A stretch of DNA of 64,000 nucleotides from Deltaproteobacteria bacterium (GTDB taxonomy: Bacteria; Myxococcota; Kuafuiibacteriia; Kuafuiibacteriales; Kuafuiibacteriaceae), in NCBI GenBank assembly GCA_040218735.1, contig JAVJQW010000011.1, positions 192,001 through 256,000 on the forward strand. Reading direction: 5' to 3'. Below are positions 54,229 through 64,000 of this stretch, in pieces. Numbering within the stretch: position 1 is the first letter of the stretch; every line of letters starts with the position of its first letter. Below the pieces are notes generated by a model. The model ran no database searches and was not told where the DNA came from. It worked only from the letters and a program-made list of their open reading frames with translations. The translations under genes and the position numbers were made by a program.

Positions 54229-55134
54229 GTGCGCCGCTCGCTCCCCCTCCTCGCGTTCACGCTCGTCGCCTGCGCGACGACGCCGAAGCCCGCCCCCGAA
54301 GACACCCGGATCGAAGCGACGATCTACGACGGCCGAACGGGCGAAGTGATCTCGCGCGACGTGCTCTTCGAACGGCTCGCCGAAGCGCGCGTCGTCTACG
54401 TCGCCGAGCGGCACGACAGCGCCGATCACCACGACGTGCAACTGCAGGTCCTCGAAGCGCTCGCGGCGCGCACCGCGACGATCGGCATCGGGCTGGAGAT
54501 GGTGAAGCGCCCGTTCCAGAAGTGGCTCTCCGACTACGTCGCCGGGCGCATCGACGAGGCGAAGTTCATCGAGCGCGCCGAGTGGGAGCGACGGTGGGGC
54601 TTCGACTTCGCGATGTACCGTCCGCTGTTCGAGGTCGCGCGCGACAAGGGGATGCCGGCGTTTGCGCTGAACGCTCGGGACGAGATCACCCGCGCGGTCG
54701 CGCGCGAGGGGCTCGACGCGCTCGACCCGGTCGACCGTGAAGCGCTCCCCGAGCTCGACCTCACGGTCGAACGGCACCGCGCGATGGTGAAGGCGGTCTT
54801 CGACACCCACGACATGGGGAGCATGAAGTTCGAGGACTTCTACGCGGCGCAGACGATCTGGGACGAGACGATGGCGTTCGAGGTCGCCGCCGCGCTCGAG
54901 GGTGAAGGCGCCCCGAAGCAGCTCGTGGTGTTCGCGGGCTCCGGACACATCCGGTACGGCTACGGCATCCCGGACCGCGCGGCGAAGCGGGGCGCGACGC
55001 CGCACGCGACGGTGCTGCCGATCCTCGAGGACGAAGAGACCTCGGTGAAGCAGCTCGTGGAGGACGGCGCGGCCGACTTCCTGTGGATCATGCGGAAGGT
55101 GCCGGCGCGACCAGCACCGCGCCCTGCGGGTTGA
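54229..55134 (+). CDS. ChaN/PhuW-family lipoprotein (heme-uptake associated)
   Basis: Lipobox LVAC; YVAERHD, GLEM, WDETMA, AGSGH..YGYGIP. Confidence 0.88.
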   Translation: MRRSLPLLAFTLVACATTPKPAPEDTRIEATIYDGRTGEVISRDVLFERLAEARVVYVAERHDSADHHDVQLQVLEALAARTATIGIGLEMVKRPFQKWLSDYVAGRIDEAKFIERAEWERRWGFDFAMYRPLFEVARDKGMPAFALNARDEITRAVAREGLDALDPVDREALPELDLTVERHRAMVKAVFDTHDMGSMKFEDFYAAQTIWDETMAFEVAAALEGEGAPKQLVVFAGSGHIRYGYGIPDRAAKRGATPHATVLPILEDEETSVKQLVEDGAADFLWIMRKVPARPAPRPAG

Positions 55135-56137
55135 AGCGAACGCGGACGGCGGCCTCCTTCGTGAACGGCTTCGCGGTCACCGGCGCGGTGACGAACCACG
55201 TGCCGTGCTCGGTCTTCACGACGTACTCCTGGTGATCGCCGAGGTAGGTCGACGTCACGACGGTGCCCGCGATGCCGTCGCCCTCCGCGTGTAGCTCGAT
55301 CGCGTGTGGTCGCACCGCGAGCACGGGGCTGGCGAGGTCGCGGTGCGGCAGGGACAGCTCGAGCCCGCCGACACAAACACGCGCGACCTCGCCGTCGCGT
55401 TCCACTTCGACGTTCACGATGTTCGCTTCGCCGATGAACTCCGCGGCGAAGGCGTCCGCGGGGCGTTCGTACAGGTCGTGGGGTGTGGCGTCCTGCGCGA
55501 TGCGCGCGCGGTTCATCAACACGATGCGGTCGGAGATCGCGAGCGCTTCGTCCTGGTCGTGGGTGACGTAGACGGCGGTGAAGCCGACCTCCTGCTGCAA
55601 CGCGCGGATGTCCTCGCGCATCTGTCGCCGAAGGCGCGCGTCGAGGTTCGACAGCGGCTCGTCGAACAGCAGCACCTTCGGCTCCAGGACCAAGGCGCGC
55701 GCGACGGCGACGCGCTGTTGTTGCCCGCCGGAGAGCTCCGAGGGGAGGCGCGCCCCGAAGCCGGCGAGGCCGACGCGCTCGAGCCCCGCCTCCGCGGCGC
55801 GGTGCGCCGCGCCGCGTTCCTGCCGAGACATCACGAGCCCGTACGCGACGTTGTCGAGCACGGACATGTGCGGGAACAAAGCGTAGGACTGGAACACCAT
55901 CGACACGTCGCGCGCGGTGGCGGGGAGGTTCGTGACGTCCTGGCCGTCGATGCGGATCGTCCCTTCGGAGGCGAGCTCGAGCCCAGCGATCATCCGTAGC
56001 GTCGTGGTCTTGCCGCACCCCGACGGGCCGAGGAGCGTGACGAGCTGCCCGGCGTCGATGGCGAGGCTGGTCTTCTCGACCGCGGTGACCTCGCCGTAGC
56101 GTTTGACGACGTCGACCAGCTCGACGGCGAAGGTCAC
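55088..56137 (-). CDS. ABC transporter ATP-binding subunit (FbpC/AfuC type) with TOBE domain
   Basis: GPSGCGKT, VFQSYALFPHM, LSGGQQQR, FDEPLSNLD, YVTHDQ. Confidence 0.95.
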   Translation of the reverse strand: MTFAVELVDVVKRYGEVTAVEKTSLAIDAGQLVTLLGPSGCGKTTTLRMIAGLELASEGTIRIDGQDVTNLPATARDVSMVFQSYALFPHMSVLDNVAYGLVMSRQERGAAHRAAEAGLERVGLAGFGARLPSELSGGQQQRVAVARALVLEPKVLLFDEPLSNLDARLRRQMREDIRALQQEVGFTAVYVTHDQDEALAISDRIVLMNRARIAQDATPHDLYERPADAFAAEFIGEANIVNVEVERDGEVARVCVGGLELSLPHRDLASPVLAVRPHAIELHAEGDGIAGTVVTSTYLGDHQEYVVKTEHGTWFVTAPVTAKPFTKEAAVRVRFNPQGAVLVAPAPSA

Positions 56138-56925
56138 GGCGCGGCCCCGGTCGGCCGAACGAAGCCGTTCGACATCCACGACCGGCGCGCGCCCTCGAAC
56201 GCACGTTCGTAGCGTTCGATGACGATCGCGGCGTGGCGCCCGTCGGGGCTCTCGAAGACGCGGGCCTCGTCGATCGCGTAGCGGACCACGCCGGAGCGGC
56301 GGCGGGTCCCGGGTTCGATGGTCTGTCCGCCGATGACGAGGTGATAGGCGGCGCCCTTCTCCGCCTCGGGTGAGTAGGGATCGTCGACGGTGTGTTTCAC
56401 TTCGAACGCGAGGTCCGAGGTGCTCCCGTCGGACCACGTGATGCGCCACTTGTCGCCGACCTTCGTCGGTTTCACAGGGGCGCGGAAGTTGCCGACGACG
56501 ACGCCGTGTTGGCTGAGGAGCGTCGAACGTTGGGCGTCCGCGAGGGGCCGAAGCTCGGGCGGATCACACGGGTGGGTGTCGATTTGATCGCGCCGCACCA
56601 ACACGTCGCCCCCGTCGACGAAGCGGTCGGCCGCGGCGTCGACGACGCGGACGCGGAACATGTCGGAGCACTCGGCGCCTTCGGCGGGGACGTCGATCTG
56701 CAGCGCGTACCGCGCGCCGTCGGCGGACCAACCGTAGAACGTGAGCGCGTCGGGGATGTTCGGCGGCGTGAAGCTCTTGCGGTCCAGCTTCCAGGGGGGC
56801 CCCTGCGTGACCGCCGGCCCGGCGTCGCGCGCAGGCGGCGGAGGCGGTGGCGGTGGCGGCTCGGGGTCCGGCTTCTTGGTCTTGCAGGCCACGAGGCAGA
56901 GCGCGAGGAGCAAGAGGCGACGCAT
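56134..56925 (-). CDS. lipoprotein with poly-Pro linker, DUF2259-like N-terminal motif
   Basis: MRRLLLLALCLVAC lipobox, poly-Pro tract, FYGWSADGARYA; alternative ATG at 56961. Confidence 0.7.
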   Translation of the reverse strand: MRRLLLLALCLVACKTKKPDPEPPPPPPPPPARDAGPAVTQGPPWKLDRKSFTPPNIPDALTFYGWSADGARYALQIDVPAEGAECSDMFRVRVVDAAADRFVDGGDVLVRRDQIDTHPCDPPELRPLADAQRSTLLSQHGVVVGNFRAPVKPTKVGDKWRITWSDGSTSDLAFEVKHTVDDPYSPEAEKGAAYHLVIGGQTIEPGTRRRSGVVRYAIDEARVFESPDGRHAAIVIERYERAFEGARRSWMSNGFVRPTGAAP

Positions 56926-56957
56926 CGGCGCCCTTGTCGCACGAACGTAATCGTCCG

Positions 56958-59090
56958 TCATGCCAGGCTGCGGCGTCCGACCTCGCGGCGCCCGACGACC
57001 CATTCGATGGACGCGATGGCGAGCATCATCAACGCGATGAGCACGGAGCTGTAGGCGATGGCGGGGCCGTAATCGCCGTTTTCCACGCGGCCGAGGATGT
57101 ACGTCGTCGCGAGGTTGTGGTCCGCGCTGACGAGGAAGATGACGGCGCTGACCGCCGTCATCGCGCGGACGAATCCGTAGACGAGCGCGGCGACGAGCGC
57201 GGGACGTAACAGCGGGAGCACGACACGCCGCACGGTGCCGAACGCCGTGGCGCCGAGCGTGAGGGAGGCTTCGTCGAGGCTGCCGTCGATCTGCGAGAGC
57301 GTCGCGAGCCCGGCGCGCACGCCGACCGGCATGTTGCGGAAGACAAAACACGCCACGAGGATGACGGCGCTGCCGGTGAGCTCGATCGGCGGCACGTTGA
57401 ACGCGAGCACGTAGCTCACGCCGATCACGGTGCCGGGGATCGCAAACGAGAGCATCGTGCCGAGCTCGAACGCCGCGTGTCCGGCGAAGCGCTGACGCGC
57501 GAGGAGGTACGCGGTCGCGAGGCCGATGAGCGCGGTGAGCGGCGCGGCGACCGCGGCGATGCCAACGGTGGTGAACAGCGAGTCCCAAGCGCCGCCGACG
57601 AGCTGCAGGTCGTTCGTCACCGCGAAGACGTCAGCGTAGTGCTCGAACGTCAGCGTGTGGTCGCGACCCCAGATGCGAACGAAGCCGCCGAACACGATCA
57701 TGCCGTAGACGATCGCCGTGAAGACGGTCCACGGGATCGCGACGCCGCGGACGAGCGCATCGAGCGGGCGCGGGAGCGGGCACGGCGCGCCCGCGTCGGC
57801 CTTGCCGGTGACGGTGGTGTACGACTTCTTCCCGACCCAACGACGCTGCAGGAAGAAGGCGGCGAGGGTGAAAGTGAGGAGCAGGATCGCGAGGGCCGCC
57901 GCACGCGACAGATCACTCTGCGCGCCGGCGACCGCGAAGTAGATCTCGGTGGCGAGCACGTCGTCGTCGCCGCCGAGCACGAGCGGGTTGCCGAAGTCGG
58001 CGAGGCTCTCGATGAACCCGAGCAGGAACGCGTTTGCGAGTCCCGGGCGCATCAGCGGGAGCGACACGGTGCGGAAGGTCGCGAAGCGGTCGGCGCGGAG
58101 GGTCTGCGCGGCTTCCTCCATCGACGGGCTGACGCCCTCGACGACGCCGATGAGCACCATGAACGCGATGGGCGTGAACGACAGGATCTGCGCGAGCAGC
58201 ACGCCCGCGAACCCGAAGATGTAGCGCGTGGGCGGGACGCCGAACGTCTCGGCGACCCAGGTCGTGACCGCGCCCGCGCGGCCGAAGAGGAGGATCAACG
58301 CCAGCCCGATCACAAACGGAGGCGTGATCACCGGCAGCACCGTCAGCGCCCGCATGATTCGTTTGAAGCGAAAGCTGGTGCGCGTCACGAGGAGCGCGAA
58401 GCAGAAGCCGAGGAGCGTGGAGCCGAACCCTGCGCAGAGCGCGAGGAGCAGCGAGCGGAGCGCGACGCGCCAGACGCGTGCCGAGGCGAGGTTGTCGAAC
58501 AGGAGCAGCGGGGACACGACGCCGTCCGAGGTCTCGAACGCGCGCGCGAGGATCTTCACGACGGGGAAGAAGACGAACACGCCGACGGAGGCGACGATCA
58601 GGAGGAGCGTCGTGACGACGAAGGTGTCGCCGCGGACGAAGCCGCGCGCCGCGAGCCCGTACGCGACGTAGCAGACGAACACGGTGTGCACGACGAGCGC
58701 GCCGGCGCCCATGCCGTACTGTTTGACGCCGAGCGGACCGAGCCACGCGTCGAACGACTCGGGGCCCCACCCGAGCGGACCGATCAAGACGCCCTGCCCC
58801 AACCCGAGCGCGAGCCCCAGCGCGCCGCTCGCGAGCCACACGCGCGCGGCGCGTGCTTCCGAGCGTGGACGCTTCACGACGAACAGCGGCGCGAGGATCG
58901 GCGGGAGGAGGACGACCAACCAGGTCTTGCCGAAGTGCACGACCTGCCACGGCGCGGGCGCCAGCTCGTGGTCCACGGGATAGAACGCGAGGAGCGCCGG
59001 ATCGAAGAGCCCGTCCTCGACGGCGTACCAAGGCAACAGCGCGTAGGCGACGATCGCGACCAACACCAGGGGTAGCGCGCGCGCCCGCAC
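56958..59090 (-). CDS. ABC transporter permease, fused double domain (FbpB/AfuB type)
   Basis: TPPFVIGL, two EAA loops (MEEAAQTL, LDEASLTLGA), ADFGNP, FRNMPVG; start approximate. Confidence 0.92.
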   Translation of the reverse strand: MRARALPLVLVAIVAYALLPWYAVEDGLFDPALLAFYPVDHELAPAPWQVVHFGKTWLVVLLPPILAPLFVVKRPRSEARAARVWLASGALGLALGLGQGVLIGPLGWGPESFDAWLGPLGVKQYGMGAGALVVHTVFVCYVAYGLAARGFVRGDTFVVTTLLLIVASVGVFVFFPVVKILARAFETSDGVVSPLLLFDNLASARVWRVALRSLLLALCAGFGSTLLGFCFALLVTRTSFRFKRIMRALTVLPVITPPFVIGLALILLFGRAGAVTTWVAETFGVPPTRYIFGFAGVLLAQILSFTPIAFMVLIGVVEGVSPSMEEAAQTLRADRFATFRTVSLPLMRPGLANAFLLGFIESLADFGNPLVLGGDDDVLATEIYFAVAGAQSDLSRAAALAILLLTFTLAAFFLQRRWVGKKSYTTVTGKADAGAPCPLPRPLDALVRGVAIPWTVFTAIVYGMIVFGGFVRIWGRDHTLTFEHYADVFAVTNDLQLVGGAWDSLFTTVGIAAVAAPLTALIGLATAYLLARQRFAGHAAFELGTMLSFAIPGTVIGVSYVLAFNVPPIELTGSAVILVACFVFRNMPVGVRAGLATLSQIDGSLDEASLTLGATAFGTVRRVVLPLLRPALVAALVYGFVRAMTAVSAVIFLVSADHNLATTYILGRVENGDYGPAIAYSSVLIALMMLAIASIEWVVGRREVGRRSLA

Positions 59091-59237
59091 GCCAGCACGG
59101 GTACCACCGCGCACCGCCGCAAGCGAAGCGCGCAGCGCGCCGAAGGCGCGCGAAGGGGCCGCGGGACCGGCTTGCCGGACCGCGAACGGCCCAGACCGGC
59201 CGTTGACGGCGCGTGTTGCGCCGCGGAGGCTGATTGC

Positions 59238-60131
59238 GTGAGGACACTCTCGATCGCCGCCGCCCTGCTCTTTACGGTCGCCTGCCAGCGCGTGCAGGCC
59301 GAGACCCGGTTCCCTTCCTCGACGAAGGCCGACTTCGGCGCGTACTGGAACCAGGGCAAGGCGGAGGTCACCAGCTACGCGCTGTCGCAGGCGCGGTACG
59401 GCGAGCTGCACGAGGGGCACGCCGTCCTCGTCTTCGTGACCGAGCCGTTCTCGGCCGACAAACAGGTGAAGTTGGATCGCCCAGGTCCCGGCGCGGTGCC
59501 GGTGCTGAAGCTGAACTTCACGCGTAAGTTCAACACCGGCGTGTACCCGTACTCGATGATGACCTCGGTCTTCTCACCGACGTCGGGCGAGCGCGCGATC
59601 AAGGTGACGTCGTCGTCGCAGGAGTGGTGCGGCCACACGTTCTTCCAGCTCAACCAGCGCCCGAAGGGGTACGCGGGGCGGTTGTTCTCCTACTTCGAGA
59701 GCGAGGGGGACCAGACGTTCGAGGTGCCCGTCGATCTGATCGAAGACGAGCTCTGGACGCGTATCCGGATCGCGCCGGAGCGTTTGCCGCAGGGTGAAGT
59801 GACGGTGTTGCCGGGCGCGACGCACCTTCGCTTGCGACATTTGTCTGCGCGGCCCGCGAAGGCGATCGCGAGCGTCGAGGACGGTCCAGACGGAACGCGC
59901 GTCTTTCGTTTGAAGTACACGTCGATCGATCGCGAGCTCGCGATCACCTTCGAGGCGGCGGCTCCGTACCAAATTCAGGGGTGGACGGAGCGCTACGTCA
60001 GCGGCTGGGGTCCCTCGGCGGAGACGCTCACAACGACCGCGAAAGTGAAACAGCGCCTGATGTCCGACTACTGGAACCGACACGGAAACGCGGATCGCGG
60101 GCTGCGAAAGCAGCTCGGCCTGCCCGAGTAA
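59238..60131 (+). CDS. conserved hypothetical lipoprotein
   Basis: Lipobox TVAC; YWNQGKAEVTSY.L.QARYGE, VLKLN..RKFNTGVYPYS, QEWCG. Confidence 0.8.
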   Translation: MRTLSIAAALLFTVACQRVQAETRFPSSTKADFGAYWNQGKAEVTSYALSQARYGELHEGHAVLVFVTEPFSADKQVKLDRPGPGAVPVLKLNFTRKFNTGVYPYSMMTSVFSPTSGERAIKVTSSSQEWCGHTFFQLNQRPKGYAGRLFSYFESEGDQTFEVPVDLIEDELWTRIRIAPERLPQGEVTVLPGATHLRLRHLSARPAKAIASVEDGPDGTRVFRLKYTSIDRELAITFEAAAPYQIQGWTERYVSGWGPSAETLTTTAKVKQRLMSDYWNRHGNADRGLRKQLGLPE

Positions 60132-60169
60132 CGCGTAACGCTCTCGCTGACCGCCGTACTTCACATGAA

Positions 60170-61966
60170 GTGACGGTGGAGCGCATCGTCGATGGGAAGT
60201 ACCGCGTCGGCCCACTCGTGGGTCGCGGCGCGATGGGATCCGTCTACCGCGCCCGGCACGTCCTTACCCAGGTCGAGGTCGCGCTCAAGCTCGTCCCGCC
60301 CAACGTCGCGCTGACGCCGCAGGGGCAGGAGCGCTTCAAGCGCGAGGTCGCGATCGCGGCGCTCGTCGGGCACCCGGGGATCGTTCGTGTCCTCGACGCG
60401 GGCGTCGACCCGGCGGACCAGACCCACTACGTGGTGATGGAGCACCTCGTCGGTGAGGACCTCGCGGCGCGTGCGCTGCGCGATGACTTCACGGTCGCCG
60501 ACGGCGTCACCGCGGTTCGCACCGCGCTCGACCCGCTCGCCGCCGCCCACCAACACGGCGTCGTCCACCGCGACCTGAAGCCGGAGAACATCTTCCTGCA
60601 CGCGGCCGACGACGGGCCGATGCAAGTCAAGTTGCTCGACTTCGGCATCGCGCGCGATCGCAAGTTCACGAACACCGTCACCGCCGAAGACGTCGCGCTC
60701 GGGACGCCGAACTACATGAGCCCCGAGCAGGCGACGAACGCACGCTCGGTGACCCCCGCGAGCGACGTGTGGTCGATGGGTGTCCTGCTCTATTGGCTCC
60801 TCGCCGGGCACCTCCCCTTCGAACGCGACAACGCCTTCCTCACGCTACGCGCGGTCTGCTCCGAGGCGCCCCGACCGATCGCGATGGTGGGCGGCCCCGC
60901 GACGCAGGCGCTGGTCGACCTGACGTTGCGGTGCCTCGACAAGGATCCGCTGCGCCGTCCGCAGGACGCCGCGGCGCTCGCCGCCGCGCTCGACGAGGTG
61001 CTCGGCATCTTCCGCGCGGCGTCGTCCCAGGAGTCAGCCGGGTATCGCGAACCGACGACGACGCTGGAGATGACGCCCGGCCCGGCCGCCGACCGCGCGC
61101 CGACCGGAGAACGCCCGCCCGCCGCGCCGATCCTGAACGCACCGACCGAGCCGAGCGCCGCGCCCCTGCTGCTCGCGACCCCGCAGCCCCCCGCGCCAAC
61201 GCGGCGCGCGGCTTCGTTCGCGGCGATCGCGGTGGTGTTGTTCGCGACGTCGACGGGGCTGGGGTGGTGGTGGGTGCAGGCGCCAAAGACGGAGGTCGCG
61301 GCGATGGAGACCCAGGTGACGGCGTTCCCGCCGGGTGGGGCGTCCGGGTCCGGGTCCGGGTCCGGGTCCGAATCCGCGTCCGCGTCCGCGTCCGAGTCGG
61401 AATCCGCGTCTGAATCCGAGTCCGCGTCCGAGTCGGAATCCGCGTCCGAATCCGAATCCGCGTCGGCGTCCGCGTCCGAATCCGAATCCGAGTCGGAGTC
61501 CGCGTCCGAAGCCGGGACCCGGACCGGAACCGGGACCCGGACCGGAACCGGGACCGAAGCCGGGACCCGGACCGGAACCGGGACCCGGACCGGGAGGGTC
61601 TCTCGGGAGGTCGAGCTCGTCCCGCCCCGCAAGCGCCGCGCGCGCCGGCGACGCCGTCAGCCCCAGCCTGCCCCGATAACGGTGATCGAGCCCGTCGCGA
61701 TCGCCGAGCCCGTCGCCGTCGAGGACGACGCCCCCGCGCTCGACGTGCCCGCGCTCGACGTGCCCGCGCCCGAGGAGACGCGCGAAGAAGCCGCCGTCGA
61801 GCCCGACGCGGGGCAGCGCGCCGAGGTCGAGCCGCCGCGCGACGCCGGCGCTCCGCCGAAGAAGATCGCCCCGCCGCCGCCGAAACCCGCCGCCGCGCCC
61901 CGCGATGCGGGTCCCCCCGCGAGGGCCGCACCCGTCGAAGACGACAACCCGTTCGTGACGTTCTGA
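60170..61966 (+). CDS. membrane-anchored Ser/Thr protein kinase
   Basis: [27 protein letters not shown], single TM, low-complexity C-terminus ending NPFVTF. Confidence 0.93.
   Translation: MTVERIVDGKYRVGPLVGRGAMGSVYRARHVLTQVEVALKLVPPNVALTPQGQERFKREVAIAALVGHPGIVRVLDAGVDPADQTHYVVMEHLVGEDLAARALRDDFTVADGVTAVRTALDPLAAAHQHGVVHRDLKPENIFLHAADDGPMQVKLLDFGIARDRKFTNTVTAEDVALGTPNYMSPEQATNARSVTPASDVWSMGVLLYWLLAGHLPFERDNAFLTLRAVCSEAPRPIAMVGGPATQALVDLTLRCLDKDPLRRPQDAAALAAALDEVLGIFRAASSQESAGYREPTTTLEMTPGPAADRAPTGERPPAAPILNAPTEPSAAPLLLATPQPPAPTRRAASFAAIAVVLFATSTGLGWWWVQAPKTEVAAMETQVTAFPPGGASGSGSGSGSESASASASESESASESESASESESASESESASASASESESESESASEAGTRTGTGTRTGTGTEAGTRTGTGTRTGRVSREVELVPPRKRRARRRRRQPQPAPITVIEPVAIAEPVAVEDDAPALDVPALDVPAPEETREEAAVEPDAGQRAEVEPPRDAGAPPKKIAPPPPKPAAAPRDAGPPARAAPVEDDNPFVTF
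61343..61593 (+). repeat. 6-bp-period low-complexity repeats (SG/SE/SA then GT/RT dipeptides)
   Basis: (TCCGGG)n, (TCCGMG)n, (GGGACCCGGACCGGAACC)n. Confidence 0.9.
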
Positions 61967-61970
61967 TCCC

Positions 61971-63038
61971 ATGCGCCGCTCGATCCTCACCGCCCTCACC
62001 CTCGCCATGGCGTTCTCGAGCGTGCGCGCACAGGCCTCCCCGTGGACGCTCCCGCAGGGCCACGCCGTGCTGATGGGCGGCCTCGACTTCGCTGTGACGA
62101 GCCGCGAGTTCATCGACCGCGGCCCCGAGCGTAACTTCCCGCTCGCCGGTCGCTACACCGGGACGTCGCTGCGCATCGGCGGGCGCTTCGGGCTCACGGA
62201 TCGCCTCGAGCTCGAAGCGTCGCTCCCGTTCCGCTTCGTCGCGTACACGTCCGACCCGATCATCCTCGTGCCGCGCCCGGCGGGCGTCGAGGACGAGCTC
62301 GACTACTACCAACGCAACGTCGTGGACTTCTCCCGCTCGGGCGCGGGGATCGGCGACCTCGACCTGTCGGGTCGCTACCGCTGGACCACGGGTCGCTTCG
62401 CGCTCGCGACCGAGGTCCGCATCAAGACCCCGACCGGCTACCGCGGACCCGAGGGCACGTTCGGCACCGAGCCGACGACGACGGAAGACTTCATGGCGCA
62501 GGCCGGCGACCTCGTTCGCCCTTCGAACGTCCGCGACGACGTCACCCTCGGCGACGGCCAGATGGACGTGTCGGCCTCGATGCTCGCGGGCGTCGCGACC
62601 TCGTTCGGCCTCTTCGCGCGCGGCGCCGCCGGTTACAAACTACGCCTCGGCGGCGCTGGTGATCAGGTGATCGGCGACCTGCGCGTCGGCCAAGCGATCG
62701 GCCGACGGTTCCTCCTGTACGTGTCCGGCACCGTCGCCTACAGCGTGCAGCGCGGGCGCGTCGTCGGCATCAGCGCGAGCGCGGTGGATCCGGATCTACC
62801 GGCGACGGCCTACGCCGACAACGACAACATCCTGCTCATCGAACGACGCCTCGAGTTCGACGCCGTGGACGTCGGCGCCGGGTTCATCTGGCGCATGGCG
62901 GACACCGTCGAGCTCAACGCCGGGTATCAGCGCACGGTGTGGGGGCGGTTCCTCGCGGCGTCGAACGTGCTCGCGGTGAGCGTCGCGCTCCGGATGGATC
63001 TGACGAAGGACGCTACCGACCCGAACAGAACGCGTTGA
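61971..63038 (+). CDS. outer-membrane beta-barrel protein (putative transporter)
   Basis: Signal AQA-SPWTLPQG, FGLTDRLELEASLPF, GIGDLDL, TLGDGQMD. Confidence 0.75.
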   Translation: MRRSILTALTLAMAFSSVRAQASPWTLPQGHAVLMGGLDFAVTSREFIDRGPERNFPLAGRYTGTSLRIGGRFGLTDRLELEASLPFRFVAYTSDPIILVPRPAGVEDELDYYQRNVVDFSRSGAGIGDLDLSGRYRWTTGRFALATEVRIKTPTGYRGPEGTFGTEPTTTEDFMAQAGDLVRPSNVRDDVTLGDGQMDVSASMLAGVATSFGLFARGAAGYKLRLGGAGDQVIGDLRVGQAIGRRFLLYVSGTVAYSVQRGRVVGISASAVDPDLPATAYADNDNILLIERRLEFDAVDVGAGFIWRMADTVELNAGYQRTVWGRFLAASNVLAVSVALRMDLTKDATDPNRTR

Positions 63039-64000
63039 TCTGCGCGTCCGGCATACCGCGTTCGATGCTCGGCAGGTTCGGCGTGCGGCGGCACCGCCAC
63101 GACGTCGCGTCGCGCGGCGGCTGCGTGCACTTGCCGAGCACGACCGGCGTCTGATCGCGGAACGCACCGTCGGAGGCGCGCAGACACATCGACGGATCGC
63201 GCTCGGAGCGAATCACGCCGTTGCGCGTGTCGAACACGAAGCGTTTGTCGTCGGGGTTGCTCTTGTTGCGGCACGTATCGAAGTACACGAGCCCCGCCCG
63301 CGACGCCCACAGGCACTTCGTCGGATCGTCGTAGGCGCGAATCACGTTGCGACCGCGGTGATAGATGAACCCCTGCGCCCCGCCGCGGTTCGGCATGCAG
63401 CGCTTCACCATCAGCGACTGACTCGGTCCCCAAGCGCGCGGGCGCTTGTGCAGACACACGCCCTGCTTCGCGATCGCCTGAATCTGAATGGGCCCGAAGC
63501 GCTCACCCTTGCCGCGGCGCCCCTCACGACGCTCGCGTCCGTCACGGTTGTCATCACCGGGGTTGCCGCTCGCGCCCGGGTCCACCGGGCGCCCCTTACC
63601 GGGGACCGCCCCCGGGAGCTTGAGACCTACGGTCGGGCGACCCGTCGGCGCGTTGGGCGCGTACATCTGCGCGGGGTCGACGGACAGGACGTTGATGAGG
63701 AGCCCGTCGGGCAGCTCCGCGCGGCTCTCGTTGAAGACCCACCACTCGCCGCGATCGAACCAGAGTCCGATGTCGTTGGTGTTGTACGGCGTGCCCTTGC
63801 CGTAGGCCTGGGTGACAAAGAGCTTGGCGTTGTTGTTCTTCAGCCCGAGCGCGCTGATGTGTTTGCCCGCGTTGTGCCGCTTCGTCGCCCCGGTCACCTT
63901 GTGCACGCGGACGTCCCACGCCGCGGGGGAGCCTCCGCGACCGGCGACGAGGACGTTGAACAACGCGCCGGCGCGCATCGCCTTGCGGTCCTGGTTGTAG
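63013..64000 (-). CDS. C-terminal part of a probably secreted protein: repeated beta domain + ricin-B/beta-trefoil-like domain; runs off the right edge
   Basis: Repeat ends YNQDRKAMRAGALFNVLV and FNESRAELPDGLLINVL; three CL...C units (VCLH, KCLW, MCLR). Confidence 0.65.
   Translation of the reverse strand, partial: YNQDRKAMRAGALFNVLVAGRGGSPAAWDVRVHKVTGATKRHNAGKHISALGLKNNNAKLFVTQAYGKGTPYNTNDIGLWFDRGEWWVFNESRAELPDGLLINVLSVDPAQMYAPNAPTGRPTVGLKLPGAVPGKGRPVDPGASGNPGDDNRDGRERREGRRGKGERFGPIQIQAIAKQGVCLHKRPRAWGPSQSLMVKRCMPNRGGAQGFIYHRGRNVIRAYDDPTKCLWASRAGLVYFDTCRNKSNPDDKRFVFDTRNGVIRSERDPSMCLRASDGAFRDQTPVVLGKCTQPPRDATSWRCRRTPNLPSIERGMPDAQINAFCSGR

Noticed and set aside
1-64000. Mobile elements, prophage, rRNA
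   Set aside because: No transposase, integrase, phage structural gene or rRNA-like sequence recognised.

Overview
GC-rich (~70% by eye), very densely coding bacterial DNA. Gene content (Ser/Thr kinases incl. a kinase-STAND-TPR giant, ECF/FecR pair, Cys-rich lipoproteins, DAGxx linkers, sigma54 two-component system, extra Hsp70) points to a myxobacterium/Myxococcota (inference). About 55 CDS can be supported, including housekeeping genes (divIVA, yggS, maf, proC, iolG, lspA, ybdK-type ligase, pntAB, nth) and many secreted or membrane proteins. No IS/transposase, CRISPR array, rRNA or canonical tRNA was seen. The standout is a compact locus at ~30.44-31.99 kb. It has an operator palindrome, a sigma70 promoter, a 41-aa leader ORF whose 3' end forms an antiterminator with a Rho-independent terminator, a second SD-sequestering switch, a 78-aa RMF-like small protein, and an HNH endonuclease flanked by three degenerate tRNA-like RNAs. 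It looks like a ribosome-sensing, translation-stress operon with tRNA mimics. Other notable items are a strongly eukaryote-like alkaline ceramidase, a candidate RxPP arrest-peptide uORF before a SulP transporter, a sigma54-driven operon of two paralogous membrane proteins, an OprB porin broken by a single-base insertion, and an ABC transporter lacking its binding protein. All family calls come from motif recognition by eye; no database search was run.
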